Below, one piece after another: positions 47,447 to 57,830 of a DNA stretch of 64,000 nt. The stretch comes from an uncultured delta proteobacterium (GTDB lineage: Bacteria > Desulfobacterota > Desulfobacteria > Desulfobacterales > Desulfosalsimonadaceae). Position 1 is the first letter of the stretch; the number at the start of each line of letters is the position of its first letter. The translations under genes and the position numbers were made by a program. The stretch lies in the NCBI GenBank assembly GCA_963826785.1, contig CAWGYD010000008.1, positions 128,001 to 192,000 of the forward strand, written 5' to 3'. Below the pieces are notes generated by a model, which saw only the letters and a list, made by a program, of their open reading frames with translations, did no database searches and was not told the origin of the DNA.

Positions 47447-48214
47447 CTAAGCGAACTCCAGATCCGCCAGATAGGGGAAGTGGTCCGACGGGTAGCGGCC
47501 GTTGAAACAGTCGCGGATGATCTTGGCATTTTTAATTTCAAACCGCCAGTCCGCCAGGATCCAATCCATCCGGGACAGCCGGGGGATCCCTTCAAACCCG
47601 TGGTGGGTGAATCCCTGGCCGCCCTCCTGCCCGCCGAGCGACTGCCAGGTGTCGCACAGCCGGGTCTGTGAGTTATTGAGCACCGCGTGCACTTCTGATT
47701 CCGGGGAATCATTGAAGTCTCCCATGAGGATGACCGGGGATTCCTGACGGCCCACCCATGCGGCGATGATTTTCGCCTGCTCGTACCGGGCTTTGCGGCC
47801 CAGGTGATCCAGGTGGGTGACCGCGGCGATCATTTTCCGATAACTGCCCGCCACCCGCAGTACGGCATAACTCAGCATGCGCGGAAATGCGCTGTCCCAG
47901 TCCTTGCTCATGTGCACGTCCGGCGTTTTGGACAGCCAGAAATCCCGGCCCCCCTGAACATCGTACCCGCTCTTCCGGAAAAACAGGGTGGGGCACTGAA
48001 TCACGGGGTCCGGCAATCTTCCCGGCATTACCGGTTCGTATGCCGGCAGGGCATCGCGCAGGTAGGTCAGCTGGGGCCATTTGCCTTCCTGGGTGCCCAG
48101 TATGTCCGGCGCATAGGTGTTGATGACCCGGACCACCATCTCGCGGCGGTGGATCCAGGCATTGTCTCCGTCGGTATCATTTTCAAACCGGAGATTAAAC
48201 GTCATCATCCGCAT
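47447..48214 (-). CDS. Endonuclease/exonuclease/phosphatase family protein
   Basis: MTFNLR, GTQE, THLDH, MGDFN, MDWI, PSDHFP. Confidence 0.9.
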   Translation of the reverse strand: MRMMTFNLRFENDTDGDNAWIHRREMVVRVINTYAPDILGTQEGKWPQLTYLRDALPAYEPVMPGRLPDPVIQCPTLFFRKSGYDVQGGRDFWLSKTPDVHMSKDWDSAFPRMLSYAVLRVAGSYRKMIAAVTHLDHLGRKARYEQAKIIAAWVGRQESPVILMGDFNDSPESEVHAVLNNSQTRLCDTWQSLGGQEGGQGFTHHGFEGIPRLSRMDWILADWRFEIKNAKIIRDCFNGRYPSDHFPYLADLEFA

Positions 48215-48448
48215 GATTTGACCTGCCTTGAGTTTTTTTTTTGATGTCTTTACAAACGAAAAAAAATGTGCCGTGCTGCCTAAACTCGCAAATTTGAAGC
48301 CGATTGACAAGGCCCTTTGTCCAAAAAAGAATTGCGGGCGGGTCAATCGTCGTATACATTTGTTCAAAGCGCCATTTCTAAAAAAGACAACGCGTTCTCA
48401 CATCAATAAAGCTTAAATGCCGGAAAAAAACCGTTTTCAAATAAACCC

Positions 48449-49273
48449 ATGCCGATCCCATCGCCAGCAACGCGGTTTATTCGCAGAATGTCGATTCGGT
48501 TTATCAACACCGACGCCGGAAGGGCTTTTCTTCCGTTCCTGACCCGGTGTCTCATCCTCTTTTATCAAGCCCGGGAAGCAAGAGCCCGATTGGCTGACGA
48601 AATTATTTACCGGCTTCCGCCCCTCAAACGCTTCTTCTCCACCCGAAACCCCGCCGTCCGATACTTGAATCTTCTTTTAAACACAATTTTAGAAGCGCTC
48701 CTGCTCATCGCCGCAACCGCGCTTCTGTCCATTGCCCTGCTGCACCTGGCCAAGATGATGTGGCTGCTGTACATGCAAACCCCAATGGGCAGGCAATTCC
48801 TGATTTCATTTCACGAGAAGGCCAACACCTTCAATGAAATTCTGCTGGGCATGGACCTGTGGGTCTTCGGGGCGGATCTGACCTTTTCCGCTTTTATGAT
48901 TTGCCTGTTCTTCTGCTCGATCAGTTACTTTCTGCACCTGTATCGATATTTTTTCTACTCCCTGGGATTTTTCAAGCAGCTGCTGTTCTGGGGTATGCCC
49001 CTGTCCGCGGCAGTGGCGTTCTATATTTCTTGGCAATACGGGATTTCACCCTGGACGGACCTGATGGTCCTCACCGCGATTCCCACCTGCTGTGTCTTGT
49101 TCGCCTGTTTCCGCTATGCCCGGCGCCTGCTCATGGAAGCCGGAGAATTGTTGGAATGGGTGATCGGCCTCATTGAAAATGCCGCCCGCAGGCTGATGGG
49201 AGTCACCCGGAATCCCCCCCGGAACATCCGGTTGATGATGGACCAAATGATCCGTTTACTCAAAAAAATGTGA
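48449..49273 (+). CDS. Hypothetical multi-pass membrane protein
   Basis: 274-aa ORF with about four hydrophobic segments; start uncertain. Confidence 0.65.
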   Translation: MPIPSPATRFIRRMSIRFINTDAGRAFLPFLTRCLILFYQAREARARLADEIIYRLPPLKRFFSTRNPAVRYLNLLLNTILEALLLIAATALLSIALLHLAKMMWLLYMQTPMGRQFLISFHEKANTFNEILLGMDLWVFGADLTFSAFMICLFFCSISYFLHLYRYFFYSLGFFKQLLFWGMPLSAAVAFYISWQYGISPWTDLMVLTAIPTCCVLFACFRYARRLLMEAGELLEWVIGLIENAARRLMGVTRNPPRNIRLMMDQMIRLLKKM

Positions 49274-49428
49274 TGCGGCTCCTTTTGCCCGACTCTGTTT
49301 CTTTTTCCCTGTCCCTTGTAATCGGAAATGATTTTCGGTATGGCTGTGGGAATCTGCGCGTCACCCCTTTTTGAATCGGAGGCACAATGGAATGTAAAAC
49401 AAATTTATAACCGAACCGGGAAAACAAA

Positions 49429-50220
49429 ATGTCAGAATTTGTAAAAGTGGTTTGCCACGATGAAATCACAGAGGTTTCCTTCAACTGCCCGGAAACGTTT
49501 AATGCCTTTGATCTGGACATGATCACCGCCATGGCCGACCACCTCACCCGGCTTTCCGTCGACCCTGCGGTTCGAGGCGTCATGATTGCCGGTCTTCCCC
49601 GGGCCTTCTGCACCGGCGGGAACCTGAAATGGGTGAAGGGCTATTCTCCCGGGGACCCGGGCGCTTCCTTTCACACCCTGGCGGCCCAGTTGCACCGGGC
49701 GGTGGTGGAGATCCGGCGCATGGAAAAGCCGGTGGCCGCAGCGCTGACCGGAATCTCAGCCGGTGCCGGGTTTTCCCTGGCCCTGGCCTGCGACTTCCGG
49801 GTGATGGAAAAATCCGCCGTGCTGAGACAGGCATATACCTCAAATGGACTTTGCATCGATGGCGGCGGCACCTTCATGCTGCCCCGACTGGTGGGGCTGG
49901 CAAGATCCCTTGAAATTTCCACGTTCGATGAGCCCATTAGCGCAGAAAAAGCGCTCGAGTGGGGACTTGCCACAAAACTGGCCGAAGACGGAAAAGGAAA
50001 GGAAGCCGCCATCGACCTTCTCCGGAAGGCGGCGGGAGGGTCTTTAAACGCTTTTGCCGAAGCCAAGCGGCTGTTTAACGATTCTTTTTCAAACAGTCTC
50101 GAATTCCAGCTGGAACTGGAAAGAAAAGGTTTGTCCGCCTGCGGCCGGCACCCGGACGGCCGGGAAGGGATCAGCGCCTTCATGGAAAAAAGAAAACCCG
50201 ATTTTAAGAAATCAACGTAA
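49429..50220 (+). CDS. Enoyl-CoA hydratase/isomerase (PaaG-like)
   Basis: AFCTGGNL, KPV.AA, AGAGFSLALACD, DGGGTFMLPRLVG, EGISAFMEKRKP. Confidence 0.9.
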   Translation: MSEFVKVVCHDEITEVSFNCPETFNAFDLDMITAMADHLTRLSVDPAVRGVMIAGLPRAFCTGGNLKWVKGYSPGDPGASFHTLAAQLHRAVVEIRRMEKPVAAALTGISAGAGFSLALACDFRVMEKSAVLRQAYTSNGLCIDGGGTFMLPRLVGLARSLEISTFDEPISAEKALEWGLATKLAEDGKGKEAAIDLLRKAAGGSLNAFAEAKRLFNDSFSNSLEFQLELERKGLSACGRHPDGREGISAFMEKRKPDFKKST

Positions 50221-50228
50221 AGGATGAC

Positions 50229-51209
50229 ATGACAAACACCACCATTGCAGAAATTACCCAAAAAATCATCGACAACCCTGATTCCCCGCTTACCATGGAG
50301 GAGGCCGGCTCCCTGGTCGCCCTCGCCTCCAGCCATTTCACGGACCTGCTGAACGGCGCCCACCGGATTACCCGGGCGAACAAGGGCCGGGATGTCTTTA
50401 CCTGCACCATTTTAAACGCCAAATCGGGCCAGTGCTCCCAGAACTGCGCTTTCTGCGCCCAGTCCGCGCATCATCACACCCATGTGCGGACCTATCCACT
50501 GATGACATCTGAAGAGATGCTCGACAGCGCCCTTCGGATGGACGAGATCGGCGCCACCCAGTTTTCCATGGTGACCAGCGGATACCGGCTGGCGGATGCG
50601 GAAATCGATACCATCTGCGAAACCACCGCCAAAATTAAAAACCGGACCGGACTCTCCGTCTGCTGCTCCCTGGGGATGCTCTTGCCGGAGCAGGCCCGGC
50701 GGCTGGCCCAAAGCGGCATCACCTGCTACCACCACAACCTGGAAAGCGCCCAAAGCCATTATCCGGCCATCTGCACCACCCATGACTACAAAGAGCATTT
50801 CGAGACCATCGCCACCGCAAGGGAAGCGGGCCTGCGGGTCTGCGCCGGGTGCATCCTGGGGCTGGGAGAAACCTGGGAGCAGCGCATCGAACTGGCATTC
50901 TGCCTCAAAAAGCTAAAGATCGACCGGGTGCCGATTAATTTTTTAAACCCGATTGCCGGCACCAAAATGGAGCACCGCCCGCTTCTTCCCCCCCTGGAAG
51001 CCCTGGCCTGCATCGCCCTGTTCCGGTTTGTCCTGCCCGCAGCCGACATCACCATCTGCGGCGGACGGGAAAAAACCCTGGGTGATTTTCAATCCTTTTT
51101 GTTCATGGCCGGCGCCAACGGACTGATGATCGGAAATTACCTGACCACCGCCGGAAGAGACCTGCAGATGGATTTGGATATGATTCAAAACTGGCAGTCG
51201 ATCGGCTGA
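50229..51209 (+). CDS. bioB: Biotin synthase
   Basis: NAKSGQCSQNCAFCAQS, YHHNLE, VPINFL, GGRE, GNYLTT. Confidence 0.93.
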   Translation: MTNTTIAEITQKIIDNPDSPLTMEEAGSLVALASSHFTDLLNGAHRITRANKGRDVFTCTILNAKSGQCSQNCAFCAQSAHHHTHVRTYPLMTSEEMLDSALRMDEIGATQFSMVTSGYRLADAEIDTICETTAKIKNRTGLSVCCSLGMLLPEQARRLAQSGITCYHHNLESAQSHYPAICTTHDYKEHFETIATAREAGLRVCAGCILGLGETWEQRIELAFCLKKLKIDRVPINFLNPIAGTKMEHRPLLPPLEALACIALFRFVLPAADITICGGREKTLGDFQSFLFMAGANGLMIGNYLTTAGRDLQMDLDMIQNWQSIG

Positions 51210-51427
51210 TCCTTAAAACGCCTCGCCCCGTTACGCGGTGTTTTTTTAAACATCTGGCGAGTGAATTTCCTTACAAGCCGATCCGGACGGGCTTTCCCCC
51301 GGGGTTTTTTCCTTTAAAAAAATCCGCCCCCATCCGGATTGCGAAATGACTTCCGGTGAATATACTGTTTTTTTATCCTGTTCAGGATTTGAGATCTTCA
51401 TTTTAACTCACCGGGGGATAAAAACAG

Positions 51428-53206
51428 ATGCCCAAATACAAGCATATTCTGCTGGTTTATCCGGAGGTGCCCAACAACACCTACTGGAGCTTCACCTATG
51501 CCTTGAAATTCATCCGCAAAAAAAGTTCCATGCCGCCGCTGGGCCTGATCACGGTGGCCGCCCTGATCCCCGCCGGTTACGATCTGAAACTGGTGGACAT
51601 GAATATCGAACCGCTCCAGGACCCAGATATAAAATGGGCGGACGCGGTCTTTATTTCAGCCATGATGATTCAGCAGCCGAGCATGGCATCGGTCATTTCC
51701 AGATGCAGGGAGATGGGCAAAAAGGTGGTGGCCGGCGGACCCATCGCCAATTCCAGCCATGACGAGATCACCGGCGTGGACCATTTCGTGCGAGGAGAAG
51801 TCGAACATTTTCTGCCCGGGGTGCTGGATGACCTGGAAAACGAAGCCGCCCCCCATCTTTATCCCCCGCCGCCCCGTCCGGACATCACCCATAGCGCGCC
51901 CCCCCGCTTCGATCTGCTGAACATGGACGCGTATGCCTCCATGTCGGTCCAGTATTCCCGGGGCTGCCCCTTTCACTGCGAGTTCTGCGACATCTGGCCC
52001 GTGTACGGCAACCGGCCCCGGCTCAAATCCGCCGGCACGCTCATCGCCGAACTGGACACACTTTACCGGCTCGGCTGGCGGGGTCCGGTATTCATCGTGG
52101 ACGACAACTTTATCGGCAACAAGAAAGCGGTGAAAGATCAGCTTCTGCCCGCGCTGAAACAATGGCAGCAGGATCACGGGCATCCGTTCAAGTTTTTCAC
52201 CGAGGCGAGCATCAATATGGCCGATGATGAAGACCTGTTGACGGCCATGCGGGAATCGGGCTTCAACGAGGTGTTCATCGGCATTGAAACCCCGGATGAG
52301 GACGGGCTGAAAGAAACCGGAAAAACGCAGAATCTGAAAAGCGACCTGGGCCGCTCCATCCGCACCATTCAGCAGCACGGCATTGAAGTGATGGCCGGAT
52401 TCATCATCGGGTTCGACAATGACAAGGAAGATATTTTCGCGCGGCAGATCGCCTTTATTCAGAACAACGGCATCCCCAAAGCCATGATCGGCCTGTTAAA
52501 CGCCCTGCCCGGCACGCGCCTGTATCAGCGGCTGCAAAAAGAAAACCGCATCTTAACCGCTTCTGCGGGAAACAACACCCACAATCTGTCCACCAATTTC
52601 ATCACCCGCATGGATGACCGAAAACTGCGCGACGGTTACAAAACGATTCTGGCCCACATCTACGACTTTCGGTTGAAAAACTATTTTGAACGGTGCAACC
52701 GCATGCTTGACAGCATCGAGCACCGGGATTTTTTCCAGCGACAGATCCGCTTTCCCGAAATATCGGCTTTTCTGACATCCCTTCTTCGTCAGCCCTTTAC
52801 CCCCTACGGGGCTCAATACCTGAAATTTTTATGCCGGAACCTGTTCAAACACCGGGATGTGTTCGCTGAAGTGGTCACGCTGGGCATTGTGGGGCATCAT
52901 TTCCATACCATCACCCACGAGACCCTCAAAGTGGAGAAAATTTCCACCGTGCTGGATGAAAAATACCGCTATTTTAATGAACTGACCGCCCGGTATTCCC
53001 AGGCGATTATGGACAATTCCATGGACAATATCGCATCGGTGGCCAAACTCTGGGCGAAGCGGGGCCGGCTGTTGAAACAGATGCGGCACAAAATTGAAAA
53101 AATAGATATCGATTTCAGGCAGGACCTGGTGCACAAGTATCTTACCCTGTCGGCCCAGATGCGGGAGGCGCTGAATCGTTTCGAGCAGAAGGCGTTAAGA
53201 TGCTGA
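51428..53206 (+). CDS. B12-binding radical SAM protein (DUF4070-type)
   Basis: MPPLGLITVAA, GGP, SRGCPFHCEFC, VDDNFIGN, TEAS, FIGIETP, GFIIGFD. Confidence 0.88.
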   Translation: MPKYKHILLVYPEVPNNTYWSFTYALKFIRKKSSMPPLGLITVAALIPAGYDLKLVDMNIEPLQDPDIKWADAVFISAMMIQQPSMASVISRCREMGKKVVAGGPIANSSHDEITGVDHFVRGEVEHFLPGVLDDLENEAAPHLYPPPPRPDITHSAPPRFDLLNMDAYASMSVQYSRGCPFHCEFCDIWPVYGNRPRLKSAGTLIAELDTLYRLGWRGPVFIVDDNFIGNKKAVKDQLLPALKQWQQDHGHPFKFFTEASINMADDEDLLTAMRESGFNEVFIGIETPDEDGLKETGKTQNLKSDLGRSIRTIQQHGIEVMAGFIIGFDNDKEDIFARQIAFIQNNGIPKAMIGLLNALPGTRLYQRLQKENRILTASAGNNTHNLSTNFITRMDDRKLRDGYKTILAHIYDFRLKNYFERCNRMLDSIEHRDFFQRQIRFPEISAFLTSLLRQPFTPYGAQYLKFLCRNLFKHRDVFAEVVTLGIVGHHFHTITHETLKVEKISTVLDEKYRYFNELTARYSQAIMDNSMDNIASVAKLWAKRGRLLKQMRHKIEKIDIDFRQDLVHKYLTLSAQMREALNRFEQKALRC

Positions 53207-53482
53207 GGGATTTTTTTCCGCTGCGGACTGTTTCTCTGCCTGCAGCCGCTGGAGAAACTGTTTTTCGAGATCGTCGATGATCATCGCCATGATATCGCGC
53301 TCCCGCACCGGGCCCGAGTCGTTCCACCCGTTTTTAAATGCCATCTGTTTTTTATCCCTGAACTCCCACAGGGTGGCGGCCAGATCCCTGGCGGCAAACA
53401 TTTTCTGCAGGATATGCCGCTCATGGGGGGTCAAATCCGTCTCCGTATCGACCCTCCGGCTGTTTGAAAGCGAAATGATCAT
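53195..53482 (-). CDS. Small hypothetical protein
   Basis: 95-aa ORF with ATGA coupling to the upstream YwbE-like gene. Confidence 0.7.
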   Translation of the reverse strand: MIISLSNSRRVDTETDLTPHERHILQKMFAARDLAATLWEFRDKKQMAFKNGWNDSGPVRERDIMAMIIDDLEKQFLQRLQAEKQSAAEKNPSAS

Positions 53483-53697
53483 TTCAAGATCTCCTTGACC
53501 CGGCCGACCCGGCCGTCTTCCAGGCGGACTTTGATGCCATGGGGATGGGAAGGAGACCGGGTGAGGATATCCTTTACCGTTCCTTCGGTAAGCGCGCCTG
53601 AGCGCTGGTCCTGCTTCTGCACAATCTTTACCCGCAGGCCGGTCTGTATTTCATTACGATTGGCGCCCCCCGGACGCCAATGGCCGCTTTCTTCCAT
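53479..53697 (-). CDS. YwbE (DUF2196) family protein
   Basis: VQKQDQRSG.LTEG.V.DILT.S..HPHGIKVRL.DG.VGRV. Confidence 0.88.
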   Translation of the reverse strand: MEESGHWRPGGANRNEIQTGLRVKIVQKQDQRSGALTEGTVKDILTRSPSHPHGIKVRLEDGRVGRVKEILK

Positions 53698-53854
53698 TGG
53701 ATCTCCCGTAAAAATACGTTGGCTGTTCGCCTGATGCCACCTGAGTGCGTATAGTGTTTATCCAAGACATCTCCGTTTGTCAAAAAATAATCGGCCACGC
53801 AAATGCAGGACGGCGGGTAAACCCGTTTTAGATGCCCGGAAGGAAAACTTGAAA

Positions 53855-55279
53855 ATGGTTAACGTACGGCTCACAACGATTGCCGCAATCCTGATGGGTA
53901 TTGCTGCCGTCGCCATGGCGCAGCCGTCTGCCCAATGGGTGGCCCGATACAACGGGGCGGAAAACAGCGAGGACTTCGCAGGCGCCATGACCATGGACGG
54001 CGCCGGAAATATCTATGTGACGGGAGACAGCTACAGCGAAGGATCATTTTCCGATTACGCCACTGCAAAATATGACAGCCAGGGAAATCAACTGTGGTCG
54101 GCCCGGTATAACGGGTCGGACCGCCGGTGGGGCGACCACGCTGCCGCCATTGCGGTGGATGACGAGGGAAATGTCCTTGTCACCGGGTCTTCCATGGGGA
54201 TGGGGACCGGTTTTGATTACGCCACCATCAAGTATGACAAATCCGGAAACGAACTCTGGACGGCACGATACAACTCCCCGGTCAATGAATGGGACCGGGC
54301 CGAAGCCATCGCCGTTGATGCTTCCGGAAATGTCTATGTGACCGGATACAGCCCTCGCCTGAAAACCGGATACGATTACGCCACCATTAAATATGATGCA
54401 AACGGACGGATGGCCTGGGTGACCCGCTACGACCACGGCGGATTTGACCAGGCCAAGGCACTGGCCCTGGATGCGGCCGGGGATATCTGCGTCACCGGAA
54501 CCAGCCGGGATGCCGATACCGGCCTCGATTTCGCAACGGTAAAATATGATACGGACGGACGGCAGCTCTGGTCGGCACGCTACAATTCCGCTTACGGCGC
54601 AGACGACCAGGCAAATGCCATGATCATCGACGCCGGCGGCCATATCTATGTGACCGGTTACAGCCGGGGCGCGCATTCGGGAGACGATTATCTCACTCTC
54701 AAATACGATGCTTCGGGAAGTCTGCTGTGGGCCGCCCGATACAACGGACCGTCCAATGCCGAAGACCACGCCGAAGCCCTGGCGGTGGATATGGATGGCC
54801 GGCTCTGTGTCACCGGCTACAGCCGGGGAAAAGACGGGACCATCTGCTATACCACAGTGAAATACGATTCAGACGGGAGCCAGCTCTGGGTCAACACCTA
54901 TGATGCGCCCATCAACCTGTGGGATCATGCCGAAGCCCTGGCCGTCGATCCTGCCGGAAACGCCTACGTGGCCGTGGTCGGCAGGGGGGCGGACTCCAGT
55001 TATGATTACGTCACCCTGGGATACGACAGCGACGGCATTGAAATGTGGAGGGCCCGATACAATGGGCCGGACCGGTTTTTCGCCGACCATGCCCGGGCCA
55101 TCCGGGTCGATGATGATGGTAATATTTACGTCCTGGGGCATTCCTGGGGGGTCCGGACTTTAAATGACTACACCCTGGTGAAGTATTCACCCGGAAAAGA
55201 TTCCATGGCCGCCTCGGGGCCGTCCCCGGCAACCCAGGCAAGTGGGCCTTTCCCGAAGGTATCGGCTTCTGTTCCATGA
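53855..55279 (+). CDS. Secreted SBBP-type beta-propeller repeat protein
   Basis: Signal peptide ending AMA-Q; eight repeats of W.ARYNG....D.A.A.AVD..GN.YVTG.S...DY.T.KYD..G. Confidence 0.85.
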   Translation: MVNVRLTTIAAILMGIAAVAMAQPSAQWVARYNGAENSEDFAGAMTMDGAGNIYVTGDSYSEGSFSDYATAKYDSQGNQLWSARYNGSDRRWGDHAAAIAVDDEGNVLVTGSSMGMGTGFDYATIKYDKSGNELWTARYNSPVNEWDRAEAIAVDASGNVYVTGYSPRLKTGYDYATIKYDANGRMAWVTRYDHGGFDQAKALALDAAGDICVTGTSRDADTGLDFATVKYDTDGRQLWSARYNSAYGADDQANAMIIDAGGHIYVTGYSRGAHSGDDYLTLKYDASGSLLWAARYNGPSNAEDHAEALAVDMDGRLCVTGYSRGKDGTICYTTVKYDSDGSQLWVNTYDAPINLWDHAEALAVDPAGNAYVAVVGRGADSSYDYVTLGYDSDGIEMWRARYNGPDRFFADHARAIRVDDDGNIYVLGHSWGVRTLNDYTLVKYSPGKDSMAASGPSPATQASGPFPKVSASVP

Positions 55280-55285
55280 TCCCAT

Positions 55286-55307
55286 GATCAGATCAGATCA
55301 GATCAGA
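55286..55307. repeat. (GATCA)4 simple sequence repeat
   Basis: GATCAGATCAGATCAGATCAGA read directly. Confidence 0.85.
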
Positions 55308-55367
55308 CATCCCCGATTGCCCCTCCCCGCCCGGGCCCGCAGGCACATTTCCACCCAAAATTATTGC

Positions 55368-55396
55368 TTGACTTTCGGATAGCACGAGCGTAATTT
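55368..55396 (+). promoter_or_regulatory. Putative sigma70 promoter for the acyl-CoA dehydrogenase pair
   Basis: TTGACT, 17-nt spacer, TAATTT; AGGAGG SD before ATG 55448. Confidence 0.55.
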
Positions 55397-55447
55397 TCCA
55401 TCAATCGTTGGAAGCATCTATTTGATATCATCAGGAGGCGCGTTGAA

Positions 55448-56602
55448 ATGGATTTTACACTCGACAAATCTCAAAAGGAGATCCAAAGAGCCGCCTGGGA
55501 ATTTGCCAGGGGTCTGTTTGACAAGGAAAAGATCATCGACTGGTCCAAAACCCAGGAATTTCCCAAAGCCATACTGAAAAAAGCCGGGGAACTCGGGTTT
55601 ATCGGTATCCACTTCCCCGAAAGCGTGGACGGCGGCGGCATGGGCCTGCTGGAATATGCCCTGGTGGCCGAAACCCTGTGCCGAAGGGATTCCAGCCTGG
55701 GTTCTGCCCTCTTGTTTGCCGCCTATGGGTCCGAGTGCCTCCTGCGATTTGGGAGCGAGGAGATGAAAACCCGGTTTCTTCCCCCCCTGGTGGAGGGTGA
55801 GACCATCTGCACCGGCGCATTCATGGAAGCCGACCAGGGATATGATCTTCGGAAGATGAACACCACCGCCGTAAAGGAAAACAGCGAATGGATCATCTCC
55901 GGTGAAAAGGGGTTTGTCCCCTTTGGTGAAAGTGCGAATTTTTTTGTGGTGCTTTGCACGACAAACCCGAAAGCCGATCCGCCCGCATCCGGCATGTCCC
56001 TTTTCCTGGTGGAATCGGACCGCCCGGGGGTGTCTGCCGTCGATGCCGGGGAAAAACTGGGGGGCCGGCTCATCCCCTTTTCAAACGTGTCCTTTGACTG
56101 CGTCAGGGTCCCGGCGCAGAACCTCATCGGCTCGGAATCGGCGGGCTATGACCAGGTCAAGCGGTTTCTGGCCGAAAACCGCATCCAGATTGCCGCCATG
56201 GCCCTCGGAACGGCCCAGGGGGCCTATGACCGCGCCCTGGACTATGTCAAGCAGCGGGAGCAGTTCGGCAAGAAGCTGGCCCAGTTCCAGATCACCCGCC
56301 ACAAGATTGCGGACATGGCCGCCCGGATCGAAACCGCCCGGCTGCTGACCTATCATGCGGCCTGGAAATTCGACCACCATCAGATCGACGACCAGAGTGC
56401 CTCCATGGCCAAGCTCGTCGCCGCCCAGACCGCCATGGCGGTCACCGACGAAGCCATCCAGCTCATGGGCGGGTATGGATACATGACCGAATACGAAGTG
56501 GAGCACTTCTACCGGGATGCCAAGCAGGCCGAAATTTTTCAGGGCACACCGGCGGTCCAGAAAGATATCATCTCGGATGAAATTTTCGCCAAACTGAAAT
56601 AA
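55448..56602 (+). CDS. Acyl-CoA dehydrogenase
   Basis: KLG, REQFG..LAQFQ, QLMGGYGY, YRDAK..EIFQGT. Confidence 0.92.
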   Translation: MDFTLDKSQKEIQRAAWEFARGLFDKEKIIDWSKTQEFPKAILKKAGELGFIGIHFPESVDGGGMGLLEYALVAETLCRRDSSLGSALLFAAYGSECLLRFGSEEMKTRFLPPLVEGETICTGAFMEADQGYDLRKMNTTAVKENSEWIISGEKGFVPFGESANFFVVLCTTNPKADPPASGMSLFLVESDRPGVSAVDAGEKLGGRLIPFSNVSFDCVRVPAQNLIGSESAGYDQVKRFLAENRIQIAAMALGTAQGAYDRALDYVKQREQFGKKLAQFQITRHKIADMAARIETARLLTYHAAWKFDHHQIDDQSASMAKLVAAQTAMAVTDEAIQLMGGYGYMTEYEVEHFYRDAKQAEIFQGTPAVQKDIISDEIFAKLK

Positions 56603-56653
56603 TACCCGCAGACGGCCGTGATCGCGCCGCGGCATCGAAAACAGGAGATCATC

Positions 56654-57799
56654 ATGAACATACTGCCTTATACCCAGGAACATCATGAATATCGGGAACG
56701 CCTGCGGGCCTTCCTGGCCGCTGAAGTCACCCCCCGGGTGGGCCAGTGGGAAAAAGACCACATCGTTCCCAAGGACATGTGGCGCCGCATGGGCCGGGAA
56801 GGGTTTCTGTGCACCTGGGTGCCGAAGGAATACGGCGGCATGGGCGGCGATTTCCTCTATTCGGTGGTGACCACCGAGGAAATGGCCAGGACCAACCACA
56901 CCGGGCTTGCCGCCATGCTCCACAGCGACGTGGTAGTCCCCTACATCGGGGCCTTCGGGTCCGAGGAGCAGAAAAAAAAGTATCTTCCCGGGTGCGTCTC
57001 CGGGGACATCATCACCGCCATCGCCATGACCGAACCGGATGCGGGCAGCGACCTGGCCGGGATGCAGGCCACCGCCGAAGTCGACGGAGATGAATTTATC
57101 ATCAACGGCTCCAAGACCTTCATCTCCAACGGCATCAACGCCGACCTGGTGATCGTGGCCGCCAAGACCCCCGAGGAATCCAATCCGTACAAGGCCCTTT
57201 CCCTGTTTGTGGTGGAAGACGGCAATCCCGGGCTCAAGCGGGGCCGCCACCTGGACAAGATGGGATTTCACAGCCAGGACACCGCCGAACTGTTCTTCTC
57301 CAACTGCCGCATCCCCCGTGAAAATGTGCTGGGCCAGCAGGGCATGGGATTCATGATGCTCATGGAAAAGCTCCAGCAGGAGCGTCTGATGTGCGCCATC
57401 GGCGCCCAGGCCGCATCCGAACTCATCGTGGAGTGGACCGTCGACTACTGCAAAACACACCATGACGCCCTGGGGAAACCGCTATCCAAGTCCCAGGCCA
57501 CCCATTTCGCCCTGGTGGAGATGCTCACGGAGGTAAAACTCGGTCGGGCGTTTATCGACAAGCTGACCGTGGAGCACGCCGCCGGGGAAAGCATCATCGT
57601 GGAGACCTCCATGGCCAAATACTGGACCACGGACCAGGCCAAGAAACTGGCCAGCCGGTGCCTGGACCTGTTCGGCGACGCGGGCCTGACGGAAAACTGC
57701 CCGCTGGCCCGGGCCCTGCGCGACGTTCGGGTCATGTCCATCTTTGCCGGCACCAACGAGGTGATGAAGGGAATCGCCGCCAAGTTCATGGGGCTGTGA
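56654..57799 (+). CDS. Acyl-CoA dehydrogenase (long-chain type)
   Basis: AMTEPDAGSD, NGSKTFISNG, KMG..SQDTAELFF, QER, IFAGTNEVMK; AGGAG SD. Confidence 0.92.
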   Translation: MNILPYTQEHHEYRERLRAFLAAEVTPRVGQWEKDHIVPKDMWRRMGREGFLCTWVPKEYGGMGGDFLYSVVTTEEMARTNHTGLAAMLHSDVVVPYIGAFGSEEQKKKYLPGCVSGDIITAIAMTEPDAGSDLAGMQATAEVDGDEFIINGSKTFISNGINADLVIVAAKTPEESNPYKALSLFVVEDGNPGLKRGRHLDKMGFHSQDTAELFFSNCRIPRENVLGQQGMGFMMLMEKLQQERLMCAIGAQAASELIVEWTVDYCKTHHDALGKPLSKSQATHFALVEMLTEVKLGRAFIDKLTVEHAAGESIIVETSMAKYWTTDQAKKLASRCLDLFGDAGLTENCPLARALRDVRVMSIFAGTNEVMKGIAAKFMGL

Positions 57800-57830
57800 A
57801 AGGGTCGCCCGGAAATGGCGGCAGGACGCG

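Noticed and set aside
51280..51340. Imperfect long hairpin (ATCCGGA...TCCGGAT) upstream of the B12 radical SAM gene as a riboswitch
   Set aside because: No cobalamin or SAM riboswitch consensus recognised; an Rfam search would be needed. It may just be a terminator for bioB.
53930..55190. Recurring GCCCGATACAA-like DNA motifs as a CRISPR or DNA repeat array
   Set aside because: They are degenerate and in frame, and reflect the protein's beta-propeller repeats.
56081..57463. Long antisense ORFs (this 460-aa one; also 40369-41412, 41871-42836, 45715-46743, 62884-63762)
   Set aside because: They lie opposite well-supported genes; typical shadow ORFs of GC-rich coding DNA with no recognisable motifs.
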